A DNA stretch of 32,540 bases, from assembly GCA_002269645.1 (NCBI GenBank), contig NIVC01001644.1, positions 1-32,540 of the forward strand, read 5' to 3'. The stretch is from Macrostomum lignano. Lineage: Eukaryota. Position numbers and translations under genes: made by a program. The notes under the pieces were generated by a model. The model was not told the DNA's origin. It searched no databases and worked only from the letters and a program-made list of their open reading frames with translations. Of the stretch, positions 1 through 11,040 are shown in pieces. Within the stretch, counting starts at the first letter, position 1; the number at the start of each line of letters is the position of its first letter.

Positions 1-1530
1 AGCCGAGTTATCCGTGCGGTTCTAAATCTGAGCCTTTTTAAGTAAGTAGGATAATCTCCGCCAGACAGGCAGTGGTGTTGTGAGCTACTACCAGCCTAAG
101 TCTCATATTGAGCCGTCCCTTATTCGAATGCTCAAAGCTGCCGGGAATGCGCTGTCTAAGCGCGTGTATAAGCGCGTCTTTAACGGTCGGCTAAAAGTTC
201 ATAAATAATTTTTAAAGACGGCAGAGTAGCTGCAGAGACTCGGTGTGGATACTGGTTTGAAAACTTGTACAAGTAGCACAAAGTAGCACGCTTGCTTGTC
301 GGTAAAACAGTCGTTAGTTGTTTAATTTCAACATTTAGCAGATAGTGTATGTGGATATGCATAGTTGGTGCGAATGTATGAGAATATCGGTGAAGCTGGC
401 TAGTGAGATGGATTTGGTAAATTGGAGTGAAATCTATGCTATACGAGCGTATGCGGATTTCTACTAATAATAAGGAACTCTCACCCAGCCATTATATCCA
501 CCGAATTGAGAAAGCAGTTGATTGCAGCTTTCTAATTATCGATTCTGGGTAATTAATGTCTCGCGCAGTTCCCGATCCTATAAGTATCTGTCTTTGTATG
601 GTTAAGTCTTGGTTTTCGGTCGGGTAACTATATATATGTATCGTTTGTGGCTGTGGTATAAACTAGTGTAAACCTATGATAGGCTGTGAAACGTACAAAA
701 AGATGACGCAAAGCTTTCCCTAAGCTAAACCAATTTTATATCCTACAGAAGCCAAGCTTAGCCTGCACTTGAGGCACACCAGAGAACTAAAATTAAGTGG
801 CTTTTTACTGCATGATAGCTGCGGTACGATAGCTGCTGTGCGTCCCGTGGAAAATCTGAGGAGGGTAGGTGGCTCATTGAACATAAAATACAGCCGATGC
901 GTACAGAAACAGGTGAGCATTGCCGGTGTAAAAAAGCAGCAGAGTGCAGCGCTGCCTGTCAGACACGCAGGAGAGAGATGAAAGCCCCGATTTCCTGGGG
1001 ATGAGGCTGCGAGAACTGCCTCCACTGGAGTGGGTGGCGCGCAGCAGTCAGCTTAAACAATAAACAAGAGGCTGTGAATCCCACGTCCAGTGGATGGAGA
1101 GAATTCAATAATCAGGCTTCCCGCCATCATCTCTGCTGTCTTCCGAGCAGCTGTGGCTGTGGCGCCTTCCTCATTAGTAAGTATAGCGGTGCAGAGAGAC
1201 ACGCGTGCAGATAAGGGATGGAAGCAGACGGTGATGAAAGTAGTGGGAGATGTCAGCTTTCGATGGTGGCGCGGCTGCACTGGTGAGGTAGAAATATGTT
1301 TGCCGCTACATAATGTGCTTCATCTGGGTAAACTCTGGAGTCCCGGGTTAATTTTGACTGCAGCGGTCGTGGCTCGTGACCGATGAAGATTTTCTGTGCT
1401 TTTGCAGCAGTTTTATATCAGAACAATGATCTAATGTTCGTAATATTCTCTCGTATTATTAAAGGCACACACAACCAGCCACCAAGCGAATTCAGATTAA
1501 GTAGCTCTACCAGACGTGTCCGAAATTCAT

Positions 1531-1577
1531 TAAAGTAAAGATAAAGTAAAGTAAAGTAAAGTAAAGTAAAGTAAAGT
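1531..1577. repeat. (AAAGT)n pentanucleotide microsatellite, ~9 units with one interruption
   Basis: Direct reading: taaagtaaagataaagtaaagtaaagtaaagtaaagtaaagtaaagt. Confidence 0.95.
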
Positions 1578-1589
1578 GGTCCTTCTGTG

Positions 1590-1695
1590 CATTGGCTGTC
1601 TGTCTGGATATCTCGATACCTGCAATACCAGCTTGGTATCGGCGGTCTCCCATTGGCTGCGCGGGCCGCCATTTAGCGTTAGTGTGCATTGGCTG
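1590..1695 (+). promoter_or_regulatory. Three reverse CCAAT (NF-Y-type) boxes upstream of the RBM24/38 start
   Basis: Identical 9-mer CATTGGCTG at 1590-1598, 1651-1659 and 1687-1695, 200-300 bp upstream of ATG 1897. Function inferred from the motif and position. Confidence 0.6.
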
Positions 1696-1896
1696 CCTCA
1701 AGCCCCCTCAGCCCACGCTTTCCTTCCCTCGTAGCGCTTTAAAGGCCCCACCAGCAGACAGACAAGCTAGCCCAACTAAACTTGTGCCCAGTGCAGTCAG
1801 CTTTGCCCGAAGGAAACTCCTCTCGCCCACCGCCCGCTTCCACTTCGATTTGAAATACTCGACCATCTACAAGCAAGAAAACCGCTCTCCCGAAGC

Positions 1897-2088
1897 ATGT
1901 CCTCCTCCTCTTCCTCGTCTCCCCTGATGCAACAGAAGGATACGACCTACACTAAGATCTTCGTGGGCGGCCTGCCCTACCACACCAGCGACGAGACCCT
2001 GCGCAGCTACTTCGAGCAGTTCGGGGAGCTGGAGGAGGCGGTGGTCATCACCGACCGCAACACCAACAAGAGCCGCGGTTATGGATTC
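1897..2088 (+). CDS. RBM24: RBM24/RBM38 family RRM protein, coding exon 1
   Basis: [53 protein letters not shown] is the characteristic RBM24/38/SUP-12 RRM (RNP2 IFVGGL, RNP1 RGYGF). Phase-0 donor TTC|GTGAGT at 2088/2089. RBM24 versus RBM38 cannot be distinguished in an invertebrate. Confidence 0.95.
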
Positions 2089-3781
2089 GTGAGTTTACTC
2101 TTCCTGTTAGATCCATAGCAGCTGCTAACAAGATGGGCAATTATTATTAATGCATTTTGAGACATATCATAAAGCGCCGAGATTCACGCTTTGAAGTTGG
2201 TTATGAATTGCTGTGCTGAATTGCCATTTGTGAATCAACTAATTTAGTAGACAGGGTGGCTCTGAGGCCCATTAATTTTGGCCTGCATGTTTTCGATTTT
2301 GTGCCTGCACTTCAAATTCAAGTCCGCGGATCACGAAATCAACTCGCATGCACGGGCCAGTCAGCATTTACCAGGCCAGCCAAACCGAACAGCAGCGCTG
2401 CGGCACGGCGGCGCACTTGCGTCACCTGCAGCCGGCTCCACGGACCGGCAGCTTTATCTCGCTCCACGAACTGGCTGAATCTTTATCTCTTTTTCTTCCT
2501 GCTGCATGCGGCCTCGTCAGCGGTCCATGTTAAAAATGCTTGTATGCAGGAGCGCAGAACCTGCAGCTCAGCATATGGGAGATAGGAGGGCCTTATTTTT
2601 GTGCATTGCGTGGCGGCTTTTTCAGCTCGAGCTGGGACTGACACCGAACTGAATGCCCGAAGGATTAAGGGGCTTTGGATTCATTGCCGGGTAGTTGGGA
2701 ACTGCAGCACCATGTCCACTAGAATATCTGATACCGGCCTGGCAACAGGGCCTACCTGCTTTGCAGGTGACTGGCGCGTGGACCCGCAGTTCAGGCAATA
2801 AAAAATAAGCCTAAGGGAATGAGTAGCATGCCTGGATCCCTAAATTCTGCCGTGGGCGGGGGGCAGGCAATCCAGCGGGCAGCATTTTATATCGCGTGTA
2901 ATTCTTTTTCTCGCATTCCCCCCCCGCCATCCTCCCAGTGACTGCGCAAGCCCTCAGCCCGCATCCCTGCTTCAGCATGCATCCCAGCTTCCACCATCCC
3001 GCCATCTACGAGCGTACACACGTGCAGTTTGGACCTTGCTGCTGCAGCCTCCGCAATTTCTGCGACTGTTGCTTCTAATAGGGACAGTTCCATTCTCTTC
3101 CCCTCTCCACTCCCCGGCCTCCCGGCATGGGCTGGGATGCAGGGCTTTTGCGGGGTGGAACAAGGCTCGAGAATTATTTGTGCTGGTAGTTCGGGCCACG
3201 CTGACGCAGTGAGAGCCGCGCTGATGAGTCACTTGCAATCGACAAAGAAGGCCCCAGGCCCGAAGCGAGGCCTACAGCTAATAGGACCGTGGGACCCCGT
3301 TAGCTATCCATTTCTTCTGCTGATCCAATCTTTGCCTTTGGTTGCTGTGCGACGGCTCGCATGCGTCTAAAATCTATAGACTCCGGGATTGTTGCCGGCT
3401 TCCCGACAGCCATGGCTGACTGCGGGTTGCAAAAGCTTCAGTGCGGACTGGCGTTGGCCGTTGATGCAACGGGATTCGGAGACAATGGGATGGAGTACAG
3501 CGGATCAGAGGCCTGGCTAAGCCAACTTCTCTCCATGCAAATTTAATGTCAACCGCCCAGCCTTTGCCTGACTCCCCCCAGCCAGTTGCAGTTTTTATGG
3601 GCCCATAAAACCTGCCATCTAATTGTCCGTGAAATCGCTGTAACAGTCCACTGATGTGGGATTATCTGCGTTCTGAGCTCCCGTTACCCGTGTTTGTCCC
3701 ATGAGTCCGCATGTAGCGGCGGACAAGCGGCTTGCTAAGCAGCCTGAGATCACCCATTGCTCAACCCGCCGGATTCCTCAG

Positions 3782-3905
3782 GTGACCATGAAGCGGCCGG
3801 AGGACGCCTTCAAGGCCATTCAGGAACCTAACCCGTGCATCGACGGCCGCAAGGCAAACGTAAACCTGGCGGTGATCGGAGCCAAGCCCAGAAGCATTCC
3901 CAACG
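3782..3905 (+). CDS. RBM24: RBM24/RBM38 coding exon 2
   Basis: Acceptor CCTCAG|GTG. Encodes VTMKRPEDAFKAIQEPNPCIDGRKANVNLAVIGAKPRSIPN, matching the family motif PNP.IDGRKANVNLA..GAKPR. Phase-1 donor G|GTAAGT at 3905/3906. Confidence 0.95.
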
Positions 3906-5716
3906 GTAAGTCATGTCTTTGCCGAAGTCGATTTCATACGTTCCCCGCTTTCCCAATCGGGTCCCGAGAGTGAGCGGGTGACCAAGTATTGAAGACTTGA
4001 AAGCATTGAAAACACAAGGCATACGAAGTAGGCCCCACTGAGTAATAGGAGCCATTATACATATTTTGCATTTGGCATCATCCTGTATCGGTATATAAAA
4101 TCTTACTAACAAAAATCGTTTACACCAGCTTCCTGCCGAGAGCTGTGGCACAAAAACTTGCGGCAAATTGCCCATCAGGCAATTGAATCTGACTGCAAGA
4201 TCTTGAAGGATGACATAAGCTGAAGTTTCTGGGTCCGCTCTTTCTTAGACCCCGATCATGGCATGGCGGCCCTGGTCTGAAAAGAAGGCTGGGGAGGTTG
4301 CTGCAGCTGCTCACAGAAAATTTTCAAGTCAGGGTTGAGACTGTTTTTGCTTCTCTTGTAGCAGAAACTTTACAATCTTGATGACAAATTGCTGTAATGG
4401 AAGTGAGTGAGCTGTGAGCTTGTGCTCCAGACGCATAGAGACAGAGCAATATTTGCAGAGACAAGTGTTCGGCTCGAGCTAGCGTGCACGATTTGCCTCG
4501 CTATCTCTGGCCTCTAATTGCCTCGCAGCGACTCTTACTGGGCTCAGATGGGCGCGGGAAACAATGGAAACACTGACCATTGTGCGTGTTTGAGCCCTGG
4601 GGTGCTCCAGCCCCGGAGGGAGGAGGGGGGCGTTCGGCCCCAGTCTTGCTGGCACCGGCCTGCTGGGCTCTACAGGCTGAAAATGCCTGCTTCGTTTGAG
4701 CACCGGAGTAAGTAATTGCTGAGCTCCATTGTCCTACCTGCCCTCGCACGCTTCACTGCCTTCTGAGTGCATTAGAAACTCGGGGCACAAATAGGCAGAG
4801 CCTGCTTCTGATGCGCTGCTGCGATTCGAGCTTTCATCTTGCAAACGCCAACTGCCCCCTTTACCCCTGCCCCAGCGGGTTGCAGTTTTATGGCGCATTA
4901 TGGAGCCCTCCGGCGTGTCTTGAATGACTGGGCTGCCCGCAGCAGCTTTATGGTGCTGGAGCAATTTATTGAATCCAGCCTGTTGTCTTCAGGCGGCGAT
5001 CATTTTACTGGCACGATTGGGACAGCCGATTTCAGACTTCACCGAAAGCGCAACGAATTTCTAAAGCTAAAAGCCTGTTGAGAATTAGTAGCCAATGCTG
5101 AAATATGAATAAAATAAAGTAGTTCGCATGCTCACAGTAAGCTGCAGTGCGCTCATAGTTCTGCCAGTTTATGAGAATCCTTTGAGCGTCACAGCAAACG
5201 TTATTCCTGTAATTATTAATAACTTTAATGCAAGTAGATTAAGAATATTTGGCAAGAGCTTCCCTTACAGAGAAAAGCTTTTTTTGCTGATTTATCGAAC
5301 TCCTTATTCAGGTGCCAGAATCCAGAATTAGTCGAATTTCAGGATATTAAAGCAGCTTGGCTTGACCAGTCTGCATCTGAAAAAGCGCTATCATACTCGT
5401 AAGCGCGCACTGCCAGAAATCGAATGCACTGGAATTTCCATTGCACCCGAATATTTTACTCTGTGCAACAAGCGCCTAGGATTCACTTCGCAAACATGAG
5501 CTGGTTCCGGGACCAGATTGAGAAATGAAAAACGTCTACCTTTTATTGGTGTTGTAAATCTACTCAGAGGCTGTTTGTTCTTCGTCTGATTCAAACTGCC
5601 TCCCGTTCCTTTCAGCCCACCTGCAAGCGCTGACTCTGGCGAGGCTTCAGCAGGGCGTTCAGCAGCAGCAACAGGCCGCCACGTGAGTAACTCAACCTTC
5701 CCCTCACTGATAGGTG

Positions 5717-5986
5717 GCATTCGCTTTGCAGTAGCAGATGCGAGCATTCGTCTTGCAGTAGCAGATGCGAGCATTCGTCTTGCAGTAGCAGATGCGAGCA
5801 TTCGTCTTGCAGTAGCAGATGCGAGCATTCGCTTTGCAGTAGCAGATGCGAGCATTCGTCTTGCAGTAGCAGATGCGAGCATTCGCTTTGCAGTAGCAGA
5901 TGCGAGCATTCGCTTTGCAGTAGCAGATGCGAGCATTCGCTTTGCAGTAGCAGATGCGAGCATTCGCTTTGCAGTAGCAGATGCGA
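5717..5986. repeat. 27-bp minisatellite, 10 tandem copies, in intron 2
   Basis: Unit GCATTCG(CT/TC)TTGCAGTAGCAGATGCGA starting at 5717, 5744 ... 5960; no spacers. Confidence 0.95.
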
Positions 5987-7370
5987 GCCTACAGTTCCAG
6001 CTAAGCAGCCATCAAGCGGTTCACCGAGCGGCTGAAAATCAAAAGCAAGATGGCATAATTGCTGGAAAGAGCTGCACAAACATCAAGATATGAATTTCCT
6101 CCCTTCTTTTCATCCAGCTGCTAGCTTAGCCCGCTCAGGGAAGCAGAGCTTATCCCGGTGATCAAGGTATTGTGTCAATGTTTGGCAGCGTGCTTGCCCT
6201 GTCTGAGTGGCTGGAGTGAAAATTTGGCGAACATAGGCCTTCAAAGCTCACACTGCGTTTTCTCTTTTGCAGACTTTAATAACACTTCTTTTCTGCTTAA
6301 TCGATGCTTGAAGTCTTTCTCCCCAGAGGTGCAGGCGATATCTTTGCAAGGCTGCGTTAGGCTCGCAGCCTCCCATGCACAAACGATTTGCTGTGCAGAG
6401 CCCATTGCTGTCATTATCCTGGGCCAGGGCCCCGTCCCTCATCCTACCTTAAGCGGCCAGCAATGTTGGCAATGGCATGCGTGGAGTAATCTGTGATTCT
6501 CTGGGCACAACTGCGCCCCATCCGCCCTGGAGGCTCCCAGTTATCCCAGCTTCTCCAGCCCCACGGGAAAATGGTGCAGACGGAAGGGAAGGTGAGGAGG
6601 CAACAGGCGGCTGCGATCGCTCCGAAAGGCCATTCATTATTTTCACTGACAGGCCTGGTTGCTGGGAGGCGGCAGCGGGCCTGGGGCTGCGCGAGGCAAC
6701 ATCAGCAGTTTTGCGGGGCATATTAGCGTTTTGCCCGCAAGGAGCTGGGAGACCTCCATTTGGTGCCGGGGCTGGCAGGCAGCGGGACTTCATTAGCGCA
6801 CGAGGCGGAGGCAGGGGTTACTGGCGGGGTGCCGACGGGTGGGGAGGTTTTATGGAGGATCAGCGGGCCCCGTGGATGCTTTAATTCCCTGCCAGTTTCA
6901 GCAAGTGCGAGATGGCGCTCATAGATTTCCATTCGAAAGCCCAGATGCTTCAGGTCAGAAGCAGCACATGCAGGATGTCTAGCCGGCGTCCGGACCCAAA
7001 ACCCTGGTCACTGTGAATAATCCCACCTGAATTTGAAAATATCATACCCTCTATCGAGTTTGTGAATTGCTGTGCTAAAAGTTGCAGTGCCTCACCCTCA
7101 GTGGTCACAGGTCTTACAGTTAACAGGCTGGTTTTCAGGGATAACTCGTGACAGATGAAGCGGGCTTGGAATCTGGGCCCGTCTCGCTCCTTGTAGTGCT
7201 TGTCTCTCTGGCATTGCTGCTACTTTCCTGTGTTTTTGTCGACAACTTCGCAGCCAGAGAGAAGCGGCAGGCCAGCAGGGCAGTGGGAGGCCCGGAGTTC
7301 CCTGCGCCCTCACGATTTTTGCTTGTCAACCGCTTGCCTTACTAATAACAGTAAGCCGTGCTCTAAGCAG

Positions 7371-7632
7371 TCAGCTCTTCACCTGAATCCTGCCCGCCCC
7401 TCAGACTGCCGCAGCTGGCTTCGTATGCCGCCTACCAGCCCATGGTGACACCCGCCGGCCTCGTGGCCCTCGCGCCTCAGGTCTCCAGCAGCATCGGTGG
7501 TCCCCCTCGGCTGCTGCCGGCAATAACAGCAGCATGTTGGACTACGCGACCTCCGCCATGTACCAGCAATACCAGCAGTACGCAGCCGGCTATCCGGGCC
7601 TATCCGAGTCGGCCATGCTGCAGCTGGCCCAG
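7371..7632 (+). CDS. RBM24: RBM24/RBM38 coding exon 3 (Ala/Tyr/Gln/Pro-rich); needs +1 nt at the C-run 7502-7506
   Basis: Acceptor TAAGCAG|TC preserves phase 1 from exon 2. Reads ..LPQLASYAAYQPMVTPAGLVALAPQVSSSIGGP, then in another frame PSAAAGNNSSMLDYATSAMYQQYQQYAAGYPGLSESAMLQLAQ. Donor CAG|GTGAGG at 7632/7633. The 5' boundary is uncertain (alternative CCTCAG acceptor at 7404 would need an extra exon). Confidence 0.7.
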
Positions 7633-7870
7633 GTGAGGCAGCGGGGTTGGTCAACAAGTGCATCAATCCGTGTTTGCCTTATTTGGCTGTAGTAAGCAAG
7701 CTGAGATGGCGCGAATGCATTTTCCACTAGTGATGAGCTGATGAGATGAGTAGCTCAAATGTAACAATTACTAGAAATTCCATGCTGAAATGCCTGCACT
7801 TACTCTTAGTGAGGTCAGTAATTCATACACAGGCCTCCGCAGTATTACATTTCCTTCCACCCTCCTGCAG

Positions 7871-8029
7871 GCCTCCTACCTGCCTCAGTATTACGCTGCT
7901 GCAGCGGCCGCAGGCGTACCTGGTTCCTTGGGCCTCGGGACGTCCTTGAGCGGTACGTCGGTCTTGTCTGGCGGCCAGGCCATTCCCAGCAGCTTCCTGC
8001 AGCCGGGAAGTCAGGAGCGAGCTCAATAA
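7871..8029 (+). CDS. RBM24: RBM24/RBM38 terminal coding exon
   Basis: Polypyrimidine tract plus CTGCAG|GCC, phase 0. ASYLPQYYAAAAAAGVPG...FLQPGSQERAQ*; the ending resembles the vertebrate RBM24/38 C-terminal ..DRMQ*. The four exons plus 1 nt give 245 aa, the usual size for the family. Confidence 0.8.
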   Translation, partial: ASYLPQYYAAAAAAGVPGSLGLGTSLSGTSVLSGGQAIPSSFLQPGSQERAQ

Positions 8030-9400
8030 GCTCGTCGCCGCCATGACCGTGGTCACCAAGATGTCAGAGTTGGGAGCACTAACACCTTTTGCGTAATCTG
8101 ATGCGATTCGGTCCACGGCTCAAAAATTCTTCCCGTGTCGTCCTCCATCCGCACCACCGACCAGCCTCCCGCTAGAAACAGCTTCGCCGCATATTCAACC
8201 AGCCCCGATGTTGCATTTGCAGGCGCGCTCTCGGGGCTCCGCAGTTTCCCATACGGTAGCAAATGTCACCCCTAGAATTTTGTCCTATGTATCTGCTACT
8301 GTTTAGTAGTAGTTTTAGAATTAGCTCACACGACTAACACTTTGCCTTTTACTTCGTATTGTGCGCTAATGTATCAAGATGAGTTCGGCGTTATTGCCTG
8401 ATCGTTATTGTTAGCTCGTAGGTCCCTTGCTCACTGCCTCCTCCGGGTTTTCCCACCTATCTGTCTCGTCTCGTCTTTCCCGCAGCCCATTTTTAGCGAA
8501 CGTGATGCGTGTGCGCAGTTAAACCCCAAACGCCACCACCTACTGTACATGCGTGCCCTCACAACTGTAATTTGTGTGCAACTGCGATGCGTGCCCACTC
8601 CTGCCCCGGCACGCTGCTCTCAATTATTCATTGCTGTCACATTCTCTGCTCCATGTGTGGCACTTGTTCTCAATTCAAACCCGAACTGATATTGAATGCT
8701 GGATACGTCTCTCTAGTAAATCATTCTCTCAAATTTGATGCTTTTTCGACGTCAGCGCTTTGAAATCAATAACAGGAATGACCACTTTTGCCTGCGAATC
8801 TTTCTTGCTTACCGAGTAGCTTTGTAGATTTGTGACGCGTTGTTTTCCTGATGAAGAACCGACCCGACGCTCAAATCGAAGCGCATACAGCTGGGCATAA
8901 AGCTGTAAAGCTGGGCGTAAAGTGGTAGAACAAACCGGTCAATGGACAATAATTTTGCTTTATAGACTCAATAGACTTAAGACAATATCTTTTTATTCAA
9001 GGGATAAGCCATACACTGTACATGTATACGAACAATATGTTCGGGGGTTGGCTAAAATGAAGCAATTACTGATAGTTCGTTAACTCCATGTAATTTAATG
9101 ACTAATCTGGTATTCACACGAGCTCACAACCAAAATTTGAAATTCTTATACTGTAGCTCAGAATACTATGCAAGAGTGGTAATGACCGGTCAATCTAACG
9201 GTAACTGAATATTTGTCCCAAGCCTGCCCAATATCGCCTGGGAAATAACAGCGCCACTCACAACAAACGGTGCAATGTCAGAAGGCGATTGAAACAGTTC
9301 ACCTCCCTTACAATTGAGGTGCGGGCCTGTGTGGGTGCACTGCACTGCCACTGATTACCTGAGCTCAATTACGAGTAACTTTAACTAGGCAACCAGCCTA

Positions 9401-9429
9401 AAGCCTGGTTCACATTTCCGCAAATAGCT
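9401..9429 (+). repeat. Left terminal inverted repeat of the Harbinger
   Basis: Exact reverse complement of 12918-12946. Confidence 0.9.
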
Positions 9430-9863
9430 CCGTGCTTCAAACTAATAGCTGTTCGCCGCCGCTACCAGCTGATTGCGAACGCTACTATCCGTGCGCAGCT
9501 CTACTATCCGAAAGTCCGCCGCTCCTGGCGGACTCTAATAGTGATTTTATTTGGTTCTATTCATTAGAACTAGAAAGGACAATATAACTTTCAATTTTAT
9601 GCATGGCAAACGAAACCGAAATGAACCCCATTCACATAAACACTCACAACTCCTTGCTTTGAGTTGTCCGCTTTTGCAGCATGGATGGCAGGGGTAGGCG
9701 TACAGTAAATTTAAACGATTGTGTCATTGCTCACTGCTCACTGTACAATGAGTACAGACAATTTCTTGCGCAACCAGACAGGAGCACAGCTGGAGGCTAT
9801 ATGAAACGAATAGAACCATGCTCTATTCTTCACCCCAAACTCCACACAACTTGATACCTGGAA

Positions 9864-10697
9864 ATGTCCGACTTGTCACACGAGACTCCGGAGTTGGATG
9901 CAACTCTGATAGATGAAGTTGCCAAACATGAAGTTGTCTACAACATCTCAAGCCGAAAATTCAAGGATCAGCAGGCGAAAACCAGCGCATGGAATCAGAT
10001 CGCTGAGACTTTGGGCAAGGATGCAACTTGGTGCCTCAAGCGGTTTCAAGGTCTAAAGCGTGACTACTTTGTTTTCCGGCGTGGAAGCAAGCTTCCGAGT
10101 GGGAGTGCGGTCAAGCCTACTCCCAGGCGGTTGGGAATATACAGTCGCATGAACTTCCTGGACAACTGTGACTACATTGGCGATACTACCTCAAATGTGC
10201 CTCCGCCCACACCAGAACTTGTAGCTGTGGGATCTGCTGGACCCTCTCAGCAGGCAACCTCGGTCAATGATGAGGCGCAACAGTCCAGTCGAGCAGAGGC
10301 ACAGGCTGCAACAACTGACCCCAGTGAGGCGTCAATGCGAGAGTTTGCGGAAAGTGCGCCAAAGAAGGCCAGAAAGGCAACTGCATCAAAAGCAGAAGCA
10401 TCAAAGCTGGATACTGCCCTCAGCCAGTTGACTCAGCAACTGACAAAAGATGAGGACGAATATGCCTCCTTTGGCCAAGCAATTGGACAGGCCATCCGTC
10501 GGCTTCCAACGCAAATTGAGCGCGACTATGCCATGGCGCACCTGCGGAGCGAGTTGTTCACAATCCAACTCCACGGCCTGCCCCGAAGCGTTGCCATCCG
10601 AACTGAGCCTGCCGCTGATGCCGCTGCTGGATCAGTTTCCTTCGACGACATGCTCGGCTCCATCATATCCACGGTCACACCTCCCAATGACTCCTAG
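9864..10697 (+). CDS. MADF (Myb/SANT-like) DNA-binding protein with BESS-like C-terminal motif; Harbinger accessory gene
   Basis: Uninterrupted 277-aa ORF. LIDEV..HEVVYNISSRKFKDQQAKTSAWNQIAETLG..ATWCLKRFQGLKRDY..SGS...MNFL fits MADF; DEYASFGQAIGQAIRRLP fits BESS. Confidence 0.88.
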   Translation: MSDLSHETPELDATLIDEVAKHEVVYNISSRKFKDQQAKTSAWNQIAETLGKDATWCLKRFQGLKRDYFVFRRGSKLPSGSAVKPTPRRLGIYSRMNFLDNCDYIGDTTSNVPPPTPELVAVGSAGPSQQATSVNDEAQQSSRAEAQAATTDPSEASMREFAESAPKKARKATASKAEASKLDTALSQLTQQLTKDEDEYASFGQAIGQAIRRLPTQIERDYAMAHLRSELFTIQLHGLPRSVAIRTEPAADAAAGSVSFDDMLGSIISTVTPPNDS

Positions 10698-11040
10698 AAG
10701 TGCGTGAGATAAAAGCGATAGAGTGCAATATTTTGCAAACTGGAAGCAAATCTTTTTTCCTTTTTTTCATGACCAGATTGCATTGTGCGTGTCAGAGAGC
10801 AAGTGCAGAGATCGAGAGAGACAGAAAATATAATGAAATCATAAATTAATATGTTGAAAATATTGTCTCCACAGTCTTGTCAATTTATTTACGAGTTTGG
10901 ATTACTTTCTGCTGCAGCATTGTACTTTCTCGCCGCCTTGTTTGAAATTTCCACAAAATTAGCTCATAAATTCACGTTCTGTATGCGAAATAAACATGCG
11001 GAATAAATTAATGATTCATCAACAGTATTATCGATTATCA

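Noticed and set aside
341-405. Possible degenerate GIY-YIG (Penelope) motif IVY...IGE
   Set aside because: Pieces are in different frames with stops, and there is no supporting RT nearby; too weak
180-1701. Short ORFs and isolated GT donor motifs upstream of RBM24/38
   Set aside because: No recognisable domains or consistent exon chain; likewise most 60-130 aa ORFs in the track are antisense or alternate-frame shadows of GC-rich TE coding sequence
3221-3247. Hammerhead-like CTGATGA-GTC...GAC core
   Set aside because: The required GAAA after stem II is absent (GAC-AAAG) and stems I and III do not form convincingly
5391-6093. ORFs of 136-190 aa and a CRISPR-like look over the 27-bp array
   Set aside because: The open frames result from a stop-free 27-bp unit. 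Repeats are head-to-tail with no spacers, in a eukaryotic intron.
7481-7532. Mini-intron that could remove the exon 3 frameshift
   Set aside because: GT 7481 to AG 7529 or 7532 lands in the wrong frame, and the donor context is poor
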